Of a stretch of DNA of 46,730 nt, positions 1-9,892 are shown in pieces. Where the stretch lies: NCBI GenBank assembly GCA_013349495.1, contig DUZK01000002.1, forward strand, positions 1-46,730, written 5' to 3'. Positions within the stretch are counted from its first letter, which is position 1, and the number at the start of each line of letters is the position of its first letter. A program made the translations under genes and the position numbers. Below the pieces are notes generated by a model. It was given only the letters and a program-made list of their open reading frames with translations, searched no databases and had not been told where the DNA came from. The DNA comes from Deltaproteobacteria bacterium. GTDB taxonomy: Bacteria > Desulfobacterota > Desulfobacteria > Desulfobacterales > SURF-15.

Positions 1-57
1 CTCCTTATGTTATTTTGAGGCCAGAATAACATCCCGGTGTGTCAGATACGGTCACTC

Positions 58-954
58 TCAGATAATTTTTTTCATAACTGGAGCTTTATAGATAACCGCG
101 TTTGTTTTTTCTATTAAGATTGAAAATAAACCATTTTCAATAATTGATTCTGATAAAATAAAATCTATAGGTTCATCAATATCGACAGAAATAATATTAA
201 AAAAAGTTCTGTCCCCGTTATTAGATGTAACCCCTACTACTCTGGCATCAGATGTGTCACCAAATAAACAGTTAAATTTATTTGGAATCAATCTTGAATA
301 GTCTGCCCAGAACACTTTATCCTTAGAAGATTCAACAATATTTTTGGTAAATCTCACCCATTGAGCGCTTATTGACATTAAATTTCTGAATATGAGAGGT
401 TTGGGATATATGTATTCATCGAGATCAATATCGTTATACAATGGTATTATTGTATTCGTGTCTTCAGATAATATGAAGCATCGTTTAGGGTGTGATCGAT
501 GATTAGCAAGTTGTATACTCATAACCGCTCCCACTTTTCGGGTTCCTTCAATAAGAACTCGAATAACTGTATCGATGGAACCAGGATACCTAAAGGGAGA
601 AGTAGGTAATAAGATAACAATTATATCCACTCTCCAATTTAATACATCTTCATAGTATTGTATTACGTTTGAGATAACATCATCCAAACTTGATTTATCT
701 TGACTCAAATGTTTTGGCCGGAGAAATGGTACTTCTGCCCCGAGATTTCTCGAAATATTTGCTATTTCAGGATCTTCTGTAGAAACCATTATTCTAGATA
801 AAAACTCCGAGTTGAGTGCAGATTGAATTGTGTAGCTCACTAGTGGTATTCCGCACAAAAGTTTTTTATTTTTGGATTTAACACCTTTTGAGTTTCCCCG
901 TGCAGGGATAATTCCTAATATATGAAGTTTTTTGATGAGGCTTGTATCAACCAT
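58..954 (-). CDS. Acylneuraminate/nonulosonate cytidylyltransferase (CMP-NulO synthetase; NeuA/LegF/PseF type)
   Basis: 298-aa ORF. N-terminal IIPARGNSKGVKSKN motif is typical of CMP-sialic-acid/KDO-type cytidylyltransferases. Last gene of the co-directional minus-strand cluster. Clearly AT-rich: one hand-counted 60-nt line (121-180) has 13 G+C. Confidence 0.75.
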   Translation of the reverse strand: MVDTSLIKKLHILGIIPARGNSKGVKSKNKKLLCGIPLVSYTIQSALNSEFLSRIMVSTEDPEIANISRNLGAEVPFLRPKHLSQDKSSLDDVISNVIQYYEDVLNWRVDIIVILLPTSPFRYPGSIDTVIRVLIEGTRKVGAVMSIQLANHRSHPKRCFILSEDTNTIIPLYNDIDLDEYIYPKPLIFRNLMSISAQWVRFTKNIVESSKDKVFWADYSRLIPNKFNCLFGDTSDARVVGVTSNNGDRTFFNIISVDIDEPIDFILSESIIENGLFSILIEKTNAVIYKAPVMKKII

Positions 955-972
955 AACTATTTTTTGAAGTAT

Positions 973-2364
973 CTATATGTTCTTGTGGAATCCTTTGGTT
1001 TTATCAGCAATTTGTCTAAACTGGTTCTGGATATATCCGACGAATTCGTCTCTTTCGGACAGTGGGACGTCCCGGGAGAAAAAAAAGGCCGGATTCCCCT
1101 GGTGATAATTCTCCCAATCCGTTTGATCCTGCATTATCAAGCCTGCGTTTTGAAACTCGATCATAAGCTTGGTTCCTGGGAGTGGAACCGGAATGTTATA
1201 TTGAAGATCGTCAAGGGCCAATGCCTCGGCAAATTTCAGTGTTTCCTCTATATCTTCCTTTGATTCCCATGGAAAACCGTACATAAAAAAACCACCGACG
1301 TTAAGGCCGGATTTTTTCAACAGTGCGACTTTTTCTCTGATCAAATCGGTAGTGATACCTTTCTGCAATTTTGATAAAATTTTGGAACTCCCGGATTCGA
1401 TCCCAACCCATATGTCTGTACACCCGGCTTCCCGCATTGCCTCTGCCATAGTGGCGGTGAGCATGTCGACCCGACTCATGCACCACCAATGGATATCGAG
1501 ACGCCTTTGCATGAGAAGGTCACAGAACTGAAGCACATAGTCTTTCCGCTGCGTAAAATTATCGTCCAAAAATTTAAAGTAAGTTGTCCCATACTCCCTT
1601 TGAATATGTTCTATTTCGTTAACAATGCTCTCAGGTGTCCGAAACCTGACTCGACCATTATAGATTTTGGGGGAAGAACAATATATGCAATGAAAAGCGC
1701 AACCGCGAGAAGAGATCATAAAACCGAAATCGATTGCCCTGTATTTCTCAATATTATAAAGCGTGCTTCTATCAGGAGGCGGTATGTCGGACAAAGATTT
1801 TATTATGTTTCGATCGGGGTTATGATGAACAACAGAATCGGTTCGAAATGTCAGACCGTGGATGTGAAAAAATTCTTGTCTATCAAATCCATTGAGCAGT
1901 TCCGTAAAAGTGGTTTCGCCTTCACCTCTGACCACAAAATCCACATTTTCGTTGTTGATGACATCCTGATACATAAGGGTCGGGTGGGCGCCGCCGAATA
2001 CAATCGGAACATTCGGATTCCACTCTTTTGCAATTGCGGCGATATTTAATGCAGACCGAAGACTTGCGGTCATTGCTGTTATTCCGATGATATCGGGATT
2101 GACTTCGATAATGACATTTTTGATTTCCTCCCAGATGCTTTCTTGTTCGTCAAAAAGAGCGGTTAGATATTTATTATGTCTCTGGGTGAAATGGTAGTTT
2201 TGAAGTATCGTATGTTCTTGATCACAGAAGTCGGCATTATAGACAACCGGTTCATGGCCGTGTATTTTAACAACTGCGGCGATTTGGCAAAGGCCGATGG
2301 GGGCATAGTTCATCGCACCTCCGAACAACCGCATCCAGGGAGGATAAATGAGCAATGCTTTCAT
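973..2364 (-). CDS. Cobalamin-binding (class B) radical SAM enzyme
   Basis: N-terminal B12-binding-like Rossmann region (MKALLIYPP..., IVFGGAHPT, VVRGEGE) followed by SSRGCAFHCIYC (CxxxCxxC). Start moved to the internal ATG at 2364, which forms an ATGA overlap with the upstream stop (2361-2363); checked in sequence (tcat on + strand). Confidence 0.85.
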   Translation of the reverse strand: MKALLIYPPWMRLFGGAMNYAPIGLCQIAAVVKIHGHEPVVYNADFCDQEHTILQNYHFTQRHNKYLTALFDEQESIWEEIKNVIIEVNPDIIGITAMTASLRSALNIAAIAKEWNPNVPIVFGGAHPTLMYQDVINNENVDFVVRGEGETTFTELLNGFDRQEFFHIHGLTFRTDSVVHHNPDRNIIKSLSDIPPPDRSTLYNIEKYRAIDFGFMISSRGCAFHCIYCSSPKIYNGRVRFRTPESIVNEIEHIQREYGTTYFKFLDDNFTQRKDYVLQFCDLLMQRRLDIHWWCMSRVDMLTATMAEAMREAGCTDIWVGIESGSSKILSKLQKGITTDLIREKVALLKKSGLNVGGFFMYGFPWESKEDIEETLKFAEALALDDLQYNIPVPLPGTKLMIEFQNAGLIMQDQTDWENYHQGNPAFFFSRDVPLSERDEFVGYIQNQFRQIADKTKGFHKNI

Positions 2365-3281
2365 TGGGGGATATATTCCCCGACTCTGAGATTTGCGGTA
2401 TCCATATAACAGTTGATGGTACATCCATCGCAGAAAGGATACCCCCCTTCTTTGGGTTGTATCTCTCGAACGATCTCACTGTTGTAGGTATCTGCAATGC
2501 AGCCATCAATAGGTACTCGTTTTGTCGCTTTATGATAGCATGGAAGAAGTAGATAGCCGTCCGGAGATATAACGATGTTTCTCGATATTGCCCGGCACCG
2601 GGGGGTATTTGTTTTGTTGCCACCGTCCAAAATCAGGGATATCTGTCCCTGGTTGACGTAGACGGAATTGTGGCGCGCAAAGTCCAAGAGGCGATTGATG
2701 GACTGCACCGTGAACCGTTCATTTTTGAAATATGAAAAAACCGGATTGATATTCATCTCACAACCTATCTGCTTTGCAAGGGCATAGAGGTCGGGCAATT
2801 CATCAATGTTGTCCTCATCGACTGTCACCAGAAGTGACATCTTCTGCCCTGACTGTTTTGCGGTTTCAATCCCCATGAGTACCTTGTCGAGCTCATCCAC
2901 ACCTCTTCGTTGCCGGTACTTTTTATGATCGAGTGTGTCTATTGAGAAGTTTATGCAGTCGACTACACCATTGATTGATTTTGAATACTCGGCATACAAT
3001 ATCCCGTTGGTGGCAAATACCGTTGGAAAGCCGAGGGCCTTTGCATGTTTGAGTATTTCAGGGAATCCTTCCTTAAGCAGCGGCTCACCACCCGTGAAAT
3101 CTATAAACTGAATACCCATTTCTTTCAGTTGCCCCATGTGAGCTTTAATCGTCTCAATGGAAGACTCTTTATCTTCAGTTGCAGACTGCCAGATGTTACA
3201 ATACGTACACCTGGAGTTGCATCGGTAGGTTAGATAATAATAGCAGCGATTTGGGTGAAGCATTTTACGATTACTGCTCAT
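2361..3281 (-). CDS. Radical SAM enzyme with C-terminal Cys-rich twitch/SPASM-like extension
   Basis: YRCNSRCTYCNIW (CxxxCxxC). C-terminal CRAISRNIVISPDGYLLLPC and FCDGCTINC cysteine clusters. Confidence 0.8.
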   Translation of the reverse strand: MSSNRKMLHPNRCYYYLTYRCNSRCTYCNIWQSATEDKESSIETIKAHMGQLKEMGIQFIDFTGGEPLLKEGFPEILKHAKALGFPTVFATNGILYAEYSKSINGVVDCINFSIDTLDHKKYRQRRGVDELDKVLMGIETAKQSGQKMSLLVTVDEDNIDELPDLYALAKQIGCEMNINPVFSYFKNERFTVQSINRLLDFARHNSVYVNQGQISLILDGGNKTNTPRCRAISRNIVISPDGYLLLPCYHKATKRVPIDGCIADTYNSEIVREIQPKEGGYPFCDGCTINCYMDTANLRVGEYIPQ

Positions 3282-3285
3282 TGGA

Positions 3286-4134
3286 TTAAAATATAAGTAT
3301 CCTTTCCTCTATCGCTGTTTTCCAGATATAAAGCCGGGTGAGGGCAGCCCTTAAATAGAGGATCGGCAACATTAATAGGTCCTCGAGCCTGCGTATTTTG
3401 TACCGAAAAAATATCATGGGAAAGATTGCATCCAGAAGGAGTCGGGGTAGGGCGATTCGCCAGACCAGCGCAGAACGGTCGTTGTATTCCTTCACAAATC
3501 TGACCGTATATTTAGCCCTTTTGGCATTGTTTAACAGACTTTTGACTGTCCATTTAACATGTTGATGATACACAAGCATTGACGGATTGAACAGCAACTT
3601 GCCTTTTTTCATAACCCGGAACGCCAAATCCCTATCCTCTAAGGCATGATTGTATCTGCGCCTGAAGCCCCCAACATCTTCAAACACATCCCGGCGATAT
3701 GCCATGTTACAGCAGCAATACTGCTTGCCTTCCGGGATCTCGAAATATCTGTCCGACAACGTGGGAGATTGTATCTCATAAAGCGTTCTGCCTTCGACTC
3801 CCATGCAGTTGTTGGTTTCAAAAACCGTTACGCCCTGCATGAGCCAATCTGATTCGGGGATACAGTCCGCATCCGTAAAGAATACATATTCGCCGGAGAC
3901 GTTTGTAAGGCCGATGTTTCTCGCCCTGGAAACGCCGAGATTCTTTTTATTTCTTATAAGCTTGATTCTCTTGTCATTGAATTTTTTGACTGCTGCTGAA
4001 GTATGATCATCAGAGCCGTCATCGACGACTATCAGTTTAAAATCATCAAAGGATTGCTTAAGGATGGCTTCAATAGACCTCGATATTGTTTTAGCCTCAT
4101 TATACGCTATGACGATTACACTTATGGCCGGCAA
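3286..4134 (-). CDS. Family 2 glycosyltransferase
   Basis: N-terminal ISVIVIAYNEAKTISRSIEAILKQSFDDFKLIVVDDGSDDHT and a DAD motif (FTDADCIP), typical of the GT2/GT-A fold. Confidence 0.85.
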   Translation of the reverse strand: MPAISVIVIAYNEAKTISRSIEAILKQSFDDFKLIVVDDGSDDHTSAAVKKFNDKRIKLIRNKKNLGVSRARNIGLTNVSGEYVFFTDADCIPESDWLMQGVTVFETNNCMGVEGRTLYEIQSPTLSDRYFEIPEGKQYCCCNMAYRRDVFEDVGGFRRRYNHALEDRDLAFRVMKKGKLLFNPSMLVYHQHVKWTVKSLLNNAKRAKYTVRFVKEYNDRSALVWRIALPRLLLDAIFPMIFFRYKIRRLEDLLMLPILYLRAALTRLYIWKTAIEERILIF

Positions 4135-4156
4135 TGTTGATTAACCTATGGACTTA

Positions 4157-5149
4157 TTATTTGGATCTATTGTTGAGCTTTGGATTTAAAAAACATGCGT
4201 GGGTGCATGCACAGTTTTGCTTTTGCTTTCTTACTTCTTCAGAAAGGGGCGAATCCCAAATACGACTGAAGTTGTAATCATTGAGCCTGACATTTCCGAC
4301 GGCTTTGGTTAATTCGCACAATCGAACCCGGCCATCAGCCTCAAGAACCCCTATCTCTTCTCCGGCTGCGCATAAAAAAGGCATTTTCTCTGTCTTCAGG
4401 ATGAATTCGTATGCCCGGTTCAGGTCGTCGAGGCGATAAAGCGCCTCTTTTTTAACCTGGTTTGAAAATTTGCTTTTTTCCCAGTATTGAATGGCCCGCG
4501 GCCTCAAACAGTTGGCAAGCTCCCTCCAATCATCGCCTGAAGGCGGGAAGAGGTCGGCGTCTTTGGGTGTACCGCGGATCGGAGAGGGACCATGGTCATC
4601 CACATCAAGCTCTTCCCAGATGAAGTTCGAAAGGTCTTTGATCTCCGGGTAGTTTCGGGTTGAAACCACCGTTGTGATATAGGTTCTTAAGCCATTATAT
4701 CTTTTCTTAAACTTATTAAGTCCTGAAACGGTTTCCATAATGGATCTGAAACTACCGTTTTTGCCTTTCATCCCATCATGAGTCTTTTCAAGACCATCCA
4801 GAGATAAAACCGTCACCAGCTCAATGTCATCGCAAAAAGAAAGAACCTGTTCGATCCTCTCAACTGTCCGTTCGGGAACGATCCCGTTTGATGGGAGAAT
4901 AAACTTTCTGACGCCGTTATTGATGTAAAAAATATGGCAAATCTCTGCGAGGTCTTTGCGGAGTGTCGGCTCTCCGCCCGAGAGGTATAGCCTGCTCAAC
5001 TTCCCAAGGGAGCTTGAAATCCGTTCTATCTCGGCGAGATCCATTTCGTGCCGGCCGTTATGCAACTCACGAAAGTAGAAACAGGTGGAACAGAGGAGGT
5101 CACATCGTGACGTAACAAAGAATATCAGTTCGCTTATGGGCATGTTCAT
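4157..5149 (-). CDS. Radical SAM enzyme, SPASM/twitch type
   Basis: SRCDLLCSTCFY (CxxxCxxC). C-terminal CAAGEEIGVLEADGRVRLC (C-x12-G-x4-C) plus CACTHAC. Confidence 0.8.
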   Translation of the reverse strand: MNMPISELIFFVTSRCDLLCSTCFYFRELHNGRHEMDLAEIERISSSLGKLSRLYLSGGEPTLRKDLAEICHIFYINNGVRKFILPSNGIVPERTVERIEQVLSFCDDIELVTVLSLDGLEKTHDGMKGKNGSFRSIMETVSGLNKFKKRYNGLRTYITTVVSTRNYPEIKDLSNFIWEELDVDDHGPSPIRGTPKDADLFPPSGDDWRELANCLRPRAIQYWEKSKFSNQVKKEALYRLDDLNRAYEFILKTEKMPFLCAAGEEIGVLEADGRVRLCELTKAVGNVRLNDYNFSRIWDSPLSEEVRKQKQNCACTHACFLNPKLNNRSK

Positions 5150-5181
5150 TTCAGGGTTTCTATTATCGTCTTGCCTTCAAT

Positions 5182-6000
5182 TTAAGCCTTGGCAGTAATA
5201 ACCATGTGCCAGCCGAGTTTACCTTCCAGCCAAGAAAAGACTCTCGGTGATAAGGTCCGATAGAGAAACCTCGGCACATATCTCTTTTTCTTGTATTCCG
5301 GCTCCCGCCATTTGTATATGTAGTACTTCTTGATTTCCATTGTTTGGTAGTTAGCGAACAGCGTTCGGCATACACGATTGGTGTACGCTTTGATCAATGG
5401 GCTGCCGGGGTTGGCTTCGGAATGTTGGCCAAGAACATCTATAGGAGAACAATGGAGCAATTCGCCCTTGAGGATGCCTTTTTTAAAGAGAATGTCATAG
5501 AGGTATTTTACCGACCATTTATTGTAGAGCATAATAATAGCGGTACCGCCTGGGCGTAGAACTCGGCGGATTTCCTCGATAGCCACATCAGTGCGAGGAA
5601 CGCTTAACAGAACGCCGAAGGAGTAAACAACGTCGAAACTGTTATCCTTAAATGGGAGCCTTTCCGCATCGGCGTTGCACAACCTATCCACCAGACCATA
5701 AAGTCGCAGTCTTTTCCGGGTCATCTGAACCGCCTTAGCGGTCAGATCTATGCCGATCGTTATGGCACCGTTGGCAGCGAAATGGCGGTGGTCGGTGCCC
5801 AGACCGACCCCGATCTCCAGAACCTTTTTGCCTTTATGGCGTGTGAATTGCGCCACTTCGTGGATGTGGGGCTCAACAAAATATCGATGCTCCTCAACTT
5901 CTTTGAAAAATTTTTTACTCCCTTTTGGCGCGAATGAATGGGTCCAACCGCAGGGGACATCGTTCCAATATTCCTGTATTTTTTCCTTCAGTTCATGCAT
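5182..6000 (-). CDS. Class I SAM-dependent methyltransferase
   Basis: Motif I VLEIGVGLGTD, acidic loop GIDLT, FDVVYSFGVL, LRPGGTAIIM. Overlaps the upstream gene by 8 nt. Confidence 0.85.
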   Translation of the reverse strand: MHELKEKIQEYWNDVPCGWTHSFAPKGSKKFFKEVEEHRYFVEPHIHEVAQFTRHKGKKVLEIGVGLGTDHRHFAANGAITIGIDLTAKAVQMTRKRLRLYGLVDRLCNADAERLPFKDNSFDVVYSFGVLLSVPRTDVAIEEIRRVLRPGGTAIIMLYNKWSVKYLYDILFKKGILKGELLHCSPIDVLGQHSEANPGSPLIKAYTNRVCRTLFANYQTMEIKKYYIYKWREPEYKKKRYVPRFLYRTLSPRVFSWLEGKLGWHMVITAKA

Positions 6001-7312
6001 TGCTTTTTCCGTGTGTAATGGCGTTTACGTGGTGCAAATGTCGGTGCGGGTTTTCTTGTTGGCGGTTTTCAGCGTTTAGCGGTTGAACCATAAACCCTCT
6101 CTCCTGGAGGAATAAAAGCAGTTCGTCGCGCAACCCTTCGATTTCTTTTCGATTCAACTGTTCCGAATCGAAGTTGATCGGCGCCTTGCCAAAGCTGCCG
6201 ACCATATAGTATTCACTGAAATCGTCATTGATATTCTTGATCCCGTATTCGGACGGACGTTCCCATACAGCGCTTCCCGGCAGCGGAACGAAAGTTCCCA
6301 TCAGACACTGGTCAGGGCTGACCTGATCGACCAGTTTCTTAGTCGCTTCCAGCGTATCGCGGTTGTCACCGGGCCAACCGAAACCGATATACATTTTCGT
6401 TATTAAGCCGACGTCTTTGGCGTTCCGCAAAGCAGCAATATTTTGCTCCACGGATGTGCCTTTGTTCAGCAGATCGAGAACCTCCTGAGAGCCGGATTCA
6501 ATACCGAAACTGATTTCGGTACATCCGGACATCCTGAGCATTTCAAGGGTGGGTTTGTCTACTTGATCGACTCTGGTGTGGCACCGCCAGGAAATTTCCG
6601 CTCGACCAAGACGGGCGCACATCTCTTTCAGCCTTTTTTTGTGCAAGGTAAAGGTGTCATCAAGAAAGACGAAACCGTTTATGCCGAAGTTATTCCGGAT
6701 GTCTTCTATTTCCGTCATTACATTTTCAGGGGATCGGAAACGCAGTTTGGGACTAAAGACTTTCTTGCAGCAAAATGCACATTTGAAGGGGCACCCCCTC
6801 GAACTGATCAGAGTGGTGACTTTGTCCGCCTGCATTGCCGGACTATAAGATAGAATATCAATCAAATCTCGTGCGGGAAGGGGCAGGGCATCCAGGTCGT
6901 CGGGGGGCTCAGCCATTATGATTCCCCGTGCCTTATCTCCTTCGACAATCTTTCGGATGGCGTTTTCACCTTCGCCGACTACCACATAGTCAAAACCGTC
7001 GGCCAGAACAGATTCGGGCAGGGCACTTGCATGGGGGCCGCCGATAATGATGGGCGTACCGGGGTTCTGCCGGCGGATCATTTTTTTTACCATACAAGCA
7101 TACTTGTATTGCGGCGTGGCGGCTGTCACTCCATAATAATCGGGGTTGCCCGGTATCTGCCAGTCTTCCGGGGGGGTTGAGGCAAGGTCCACAATTTCAG
7201 TATCATGGCCCGCGTGCCGGAGGACGGCCCCGAGGTACATCAGCCCCATCGGCGGACTGGCCTTGTCATTAATCAGATACGGCATGGGAGGATTGATAAG
7301 CGTTATCTTCAT
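5993..7312 (-). CDS. Cobalamin-binding (class B) radical SAM enzyme
   Basis: MKITLINPP..., IIIGGPHAS, VVVGEGE (B12-binding-like domain), then SSRGCPFKCAFCC (CxxxCxxC). Confidence 0.85.
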   Translation of the reverse strand: MKITLINPPMPYLINDKASPPMGLMYLGAVLRHAGHDTEIVDLASTPPEDWQIPGNPDYYGVTAATPQYKYACMVKKMIRRQNPGTPIIIGGPHASALPESVLADGFDYVVVGEGENAIRKIVEGDKARGIIMAEPPDDLDALPLPARDLIDILSYSPAMQADKVTTLISSRGCPFKCAFCCKKVFSPKLRFRSPENVMTEIEDIRNNFGINGFVFLDDTFTLHKKRLKEMCARLGRAEISWRCHTRVDQVDKPTLEMLRMSGCTEISFGIESGSQEVLDLLNKGTSVEQNIAALRNAKDVGLITKMYIGFGWPGDNRDTLEATKKLVDQVSPDQCLMGTFVPLPGSAVWERPSEYGIKNINDDFSEYYMVGSFGKAPINFDSEQLNRKEIEGLRDELLLFLQERGFMVQPLNAENRQQENPHRHLHHVNAITHGKSNA

Positions 7313-7443
7313 GTCGCGTATAGATTCGGGGTTAATAATGAAAAGTGAAATTTATAGTATATCAGGTGTACGAAGTCACAACAGGCATTGATTGTGCCGA
7401 GAAGTGCGTGTTTTCCTGTCTGTGCAAGCTGCTATTTTTTCAA

Positions 7444-8799
7444 TCATTTGACTGTACCGGCTGCGAATTGCTGCACGTTCGGCTGCATTTGGGTCGACTC
7501 TGTCCGACGCGGAAGCGTGGACCAGTTGCGGTCGCCAATCCTCCGGTAGAACAGGCCATGTTCTTCCAGATCCGATCTGAGGTGTTCCCATACTCCCAAA
7601 TTGTCGAGGATAATCTGATCCTTGCGAAGCCGGGAAAAGAGGCGTTCGGATGGTATCTGCCTGAAAACGCGATGGTCCGGAACGATTATGATGGCATCAT
7701 AAGATTTGAGGTCTTCCGGAAATGAGATTGTGGCGGCCCCGGTGATTTTCAGCAGTTCCTCTTCGGTGTAGTAAGGGTCATACACACCGACTTTGATACC
7801 ATTCTCTCTGGCATGGCTGATTATTGTGAGGGCAGGAGAAAGGGTGTGTACTTTCAGGTCTCCCTTATAGGTGATTCCCAATATCGCTACGCTCCTGGCT
7901 CCGCAGCATGTCAGCAGATCGGCCACAAAAGAGGGTTGTTCCCGGTCATACTTGACCGCTTCTCTAAGAAGGCTTAATTCTTCCTGTTTTTCGGCGCCAT
8001 CCAGCACGTATTTGCTAGAAAGAGGAATGCAGTATCCACCGGTTCCCATGGAAGAAAAATATTTGTTAATTCGCCAGTGGGTCGAGGCCAGATTCAGAAC
8101 CTCCAACACATCCAGATTCGGATAGGCCCGAGCCAATTGCATGGCATACACGGCAGGTAGATGAAGGAGGCTGTTTTCAACAGCTTTTACCAGAGTCGCC
8201 ACTTTTCGACTGCTCGCTGCAATGAGGTTGTTGCAGACAATGCTCAGGACGTCCCTGATCTTGTCGTTCGTTTCCAGGTCTGGTCCTGCATAGATGCGGG
8301 CCAAGTTCTGAAGGTTCTGTTCAGGCGAAGAGAACCAGTCCCGCCGGGGGGCAACGCCCACTGGCAGGGATCCGGTATTCAGTTCATCAATCTTGTTTGC
8401 CGTTAAGGTACTTTCTATAATTACGAGGTTGGGATTGATTTGTTTCAAACTGTCGACAACATCGATCAGGGCCGCGTCATAAGGCTCGCCGTCTTTTTCA
8501 GTTGGGACGGCAATGAAATGAACGGCCAGATCTTTATCAGCCATTTTGTTTCTTTCGTCTGTCGCATCCAGCAGACCGTCTCTGGCAAGAGGGGCGACAG
8601 GAAACCCCAGCCAGTATTCCAGGTTCGGAATATGAGATTGGCCGGATCGCAGCTGTTCCACAATGTTTCGGTCAATATCATAACACAGTGCTTTAACGCC
8701 GCGAGCGGCAAAGGCAATTGCCGTTGTCTGCCCGATGTAGCCACATCCCCATACCCCTATCCGTGCCCGTCCTTTTAAAAGCTGTTCTTTTAGCATCAT
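7444..8799 (-). CDS. Nucleotide-sugar dehydrogenase (UDP-glucose/GDP-mannose dehydrogenase family; WecC/WbpA-like UDP-HexNAc dehydrogenase)
   Basis: IGVWGCGYIGQTTAIAFAARG (GxGxxG NAD fold). Catalytic-Cys context GTGGYCIPLSSKY. The ORF-track start at 8871 overlaps the upstream gene, so the start is placed at the MMLKEQ ATG (8799). Start is uncertain. Confidence 0.8.
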   Translation of the reverse strand: MMLKEQLLKGRARIGVWGCGYIGQTTAIAFAARGVKALCYDIDRNIVEQLRSGQSHIPNLEYWLGFPVAPLARDGLLDATDERNKMADKDLAVHFIAVPTEKDGEPYDAALIDVVDSLKQINPNLVIIESTLTANKIDELNTGSLPVGVAPRRDWFSSPEQNLQNLARIYAGPDLETNDKIRDVLSIVCNNLIAASSRKVATLVKAVENSLLHLPAVYAMQLARAYPNLDVLEVLNLASTHWRINKYFSSMGTGGYCIPLSSKYVLDGAEKQEELSLLREAVKYDREQPSFVADLLTCCGARSVAILGITYKGDLKVHTLSPALTIISHARENGIKVGVYDPYYTEEELLKITGAATISFPEDLKSYDAIIIVPDHRVFRQIPSERLFSRLRKDQIILDNLGVWEHLRSDLEEHGLFYRRIGDRNWSTLPRRTESTQMQPNVQQFAAGTVK

Positions 8800-8815
8800 A
8801 TGATCTGAATTGTTG

Positions 8816-9892
8816 TTATACAAAAGTTTCATGTCTATCATGGGGAGAAGCGAGATATTCAAGAACCTCATTGGTTCTGTCGTACCAGCAAGGGGGGCAG
8901 GTTGAAGGATTTATCCTTTCAATCACCATGCGCCTCTGATCTCCCGACCATATTTCCTCAAAAGATTGCTCGTAGATGCTCCCAAAAGAATATTCCTCCA
9001 CGTACTTCAATACACAACAGGGGTAAACCTTGCCGTCCACACCGATCTGGGTATTGAGAAGATGGATGCGGCAATACTGATAATCTCTTGCCGGTTTGGA
9101 AATGTCATCCAACCGTGCCAACAGGGCAATTACCTGAAAATCGTGGGTTTCTAATCCTTGCGCACGAACAATCTGTGATTTTATTTCTGGAAGGAAAGGT
9201 ATGACATCTTCTCCCCTTTCTTCCGTATAAACCGGTTTATATTGAATATAGTTGAGACCGATACCTTTGCAAAGCGCCGCACAATGAGCGATTTCTTTGT
9301 AATTATAGGGATGAATAAGAAAACTGACACCGATATCCGTATCCGGGCATTGTTCCCTCAGTCTTTTCAAGTTAGTTATGGTTCTCTGAAAATTGTCCTT
9401 TTTCGGATTTTTGGGCTGATGCATCCGGGCATAGGTTGTTTCAGTCGCCGCATCTAGACTTACCCGGATCCAGGTCGCCGCCTTCAATGATTCTAACATG
9501 ATGGGGTTCATGCGGATACTGCCGTTGGTAATTAAGCCGTATGCGATCCCTGCGGTTATAATGGCTTTCAGCACCCTTTCAGCGTGAGGATGCATCATGG
9601 GCTCGCCGCCGCCGACGAGCGTTATGGCCATTGTCCCCAATTTGCCAAGTTCCGAAATGGTGGTGAGCAGCTTATCTGTTTTTAAGCTGCGCCGACCTAC
9701 CCCTTTGGCAATATTTTTCCGACGCATGCCGGTGTTGAAGGCGTCTTCCCTGAAAAAACAAAAAATACAGTTGTGGTTGCAATTTTCCGAGAGGTCCAAT
9801 TGGACATGCAGGGGAGGCGTGGCGGGGTCCTCTATCGAGCGTTTCACGCTGTCCAGATTATGTAGAACCTTATACGGGCTGAATCTGTCCAT
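8816..9892 (-). CDS. Radical SAM enzyme, SPASM/twitch type
   Basis: SENCNHNCIFCF (CxxxCxxC). C-terminal CRIHLLNTQIGVDGKVYPCC (C-x12-G-x4-C) and STCPPC. Start placed at the MDRFSPYK ATG (cat at 9890-9892); start is uncertain. Confidence 0.75.
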   Translation of the reverse strand: MDRFSPYKVLHNLDSVKRSIEDPATPPLHVQLDLSENCNHNCIFCFFREDAFNTGMRRKNIAKGVGRRSLKTDKLLTTISELGKLGTMAITLVGGGEPMMHPHAERVLKAIITAGIAYGLITNGSIRMNPIMLESLKAATWIRVSLDAATETTYARMHQPKNPKKDNFQRTITNLKRLREQCPDTDIGVSFLIHPYNYKEIAHCAALCKGIGLNYIQYKPVYTEERGEDVIPFLPEIKSQIVRAQGLETHDFQVIALLARLDDISKPARDYQYCRIHLLNTQIGVDGKVYPCCVLKYVEEYSFGSIYEQSFEEIWSGDQRRMVIERINPSTCPPCWYDRTNEVLEYLASPHDRHETFV

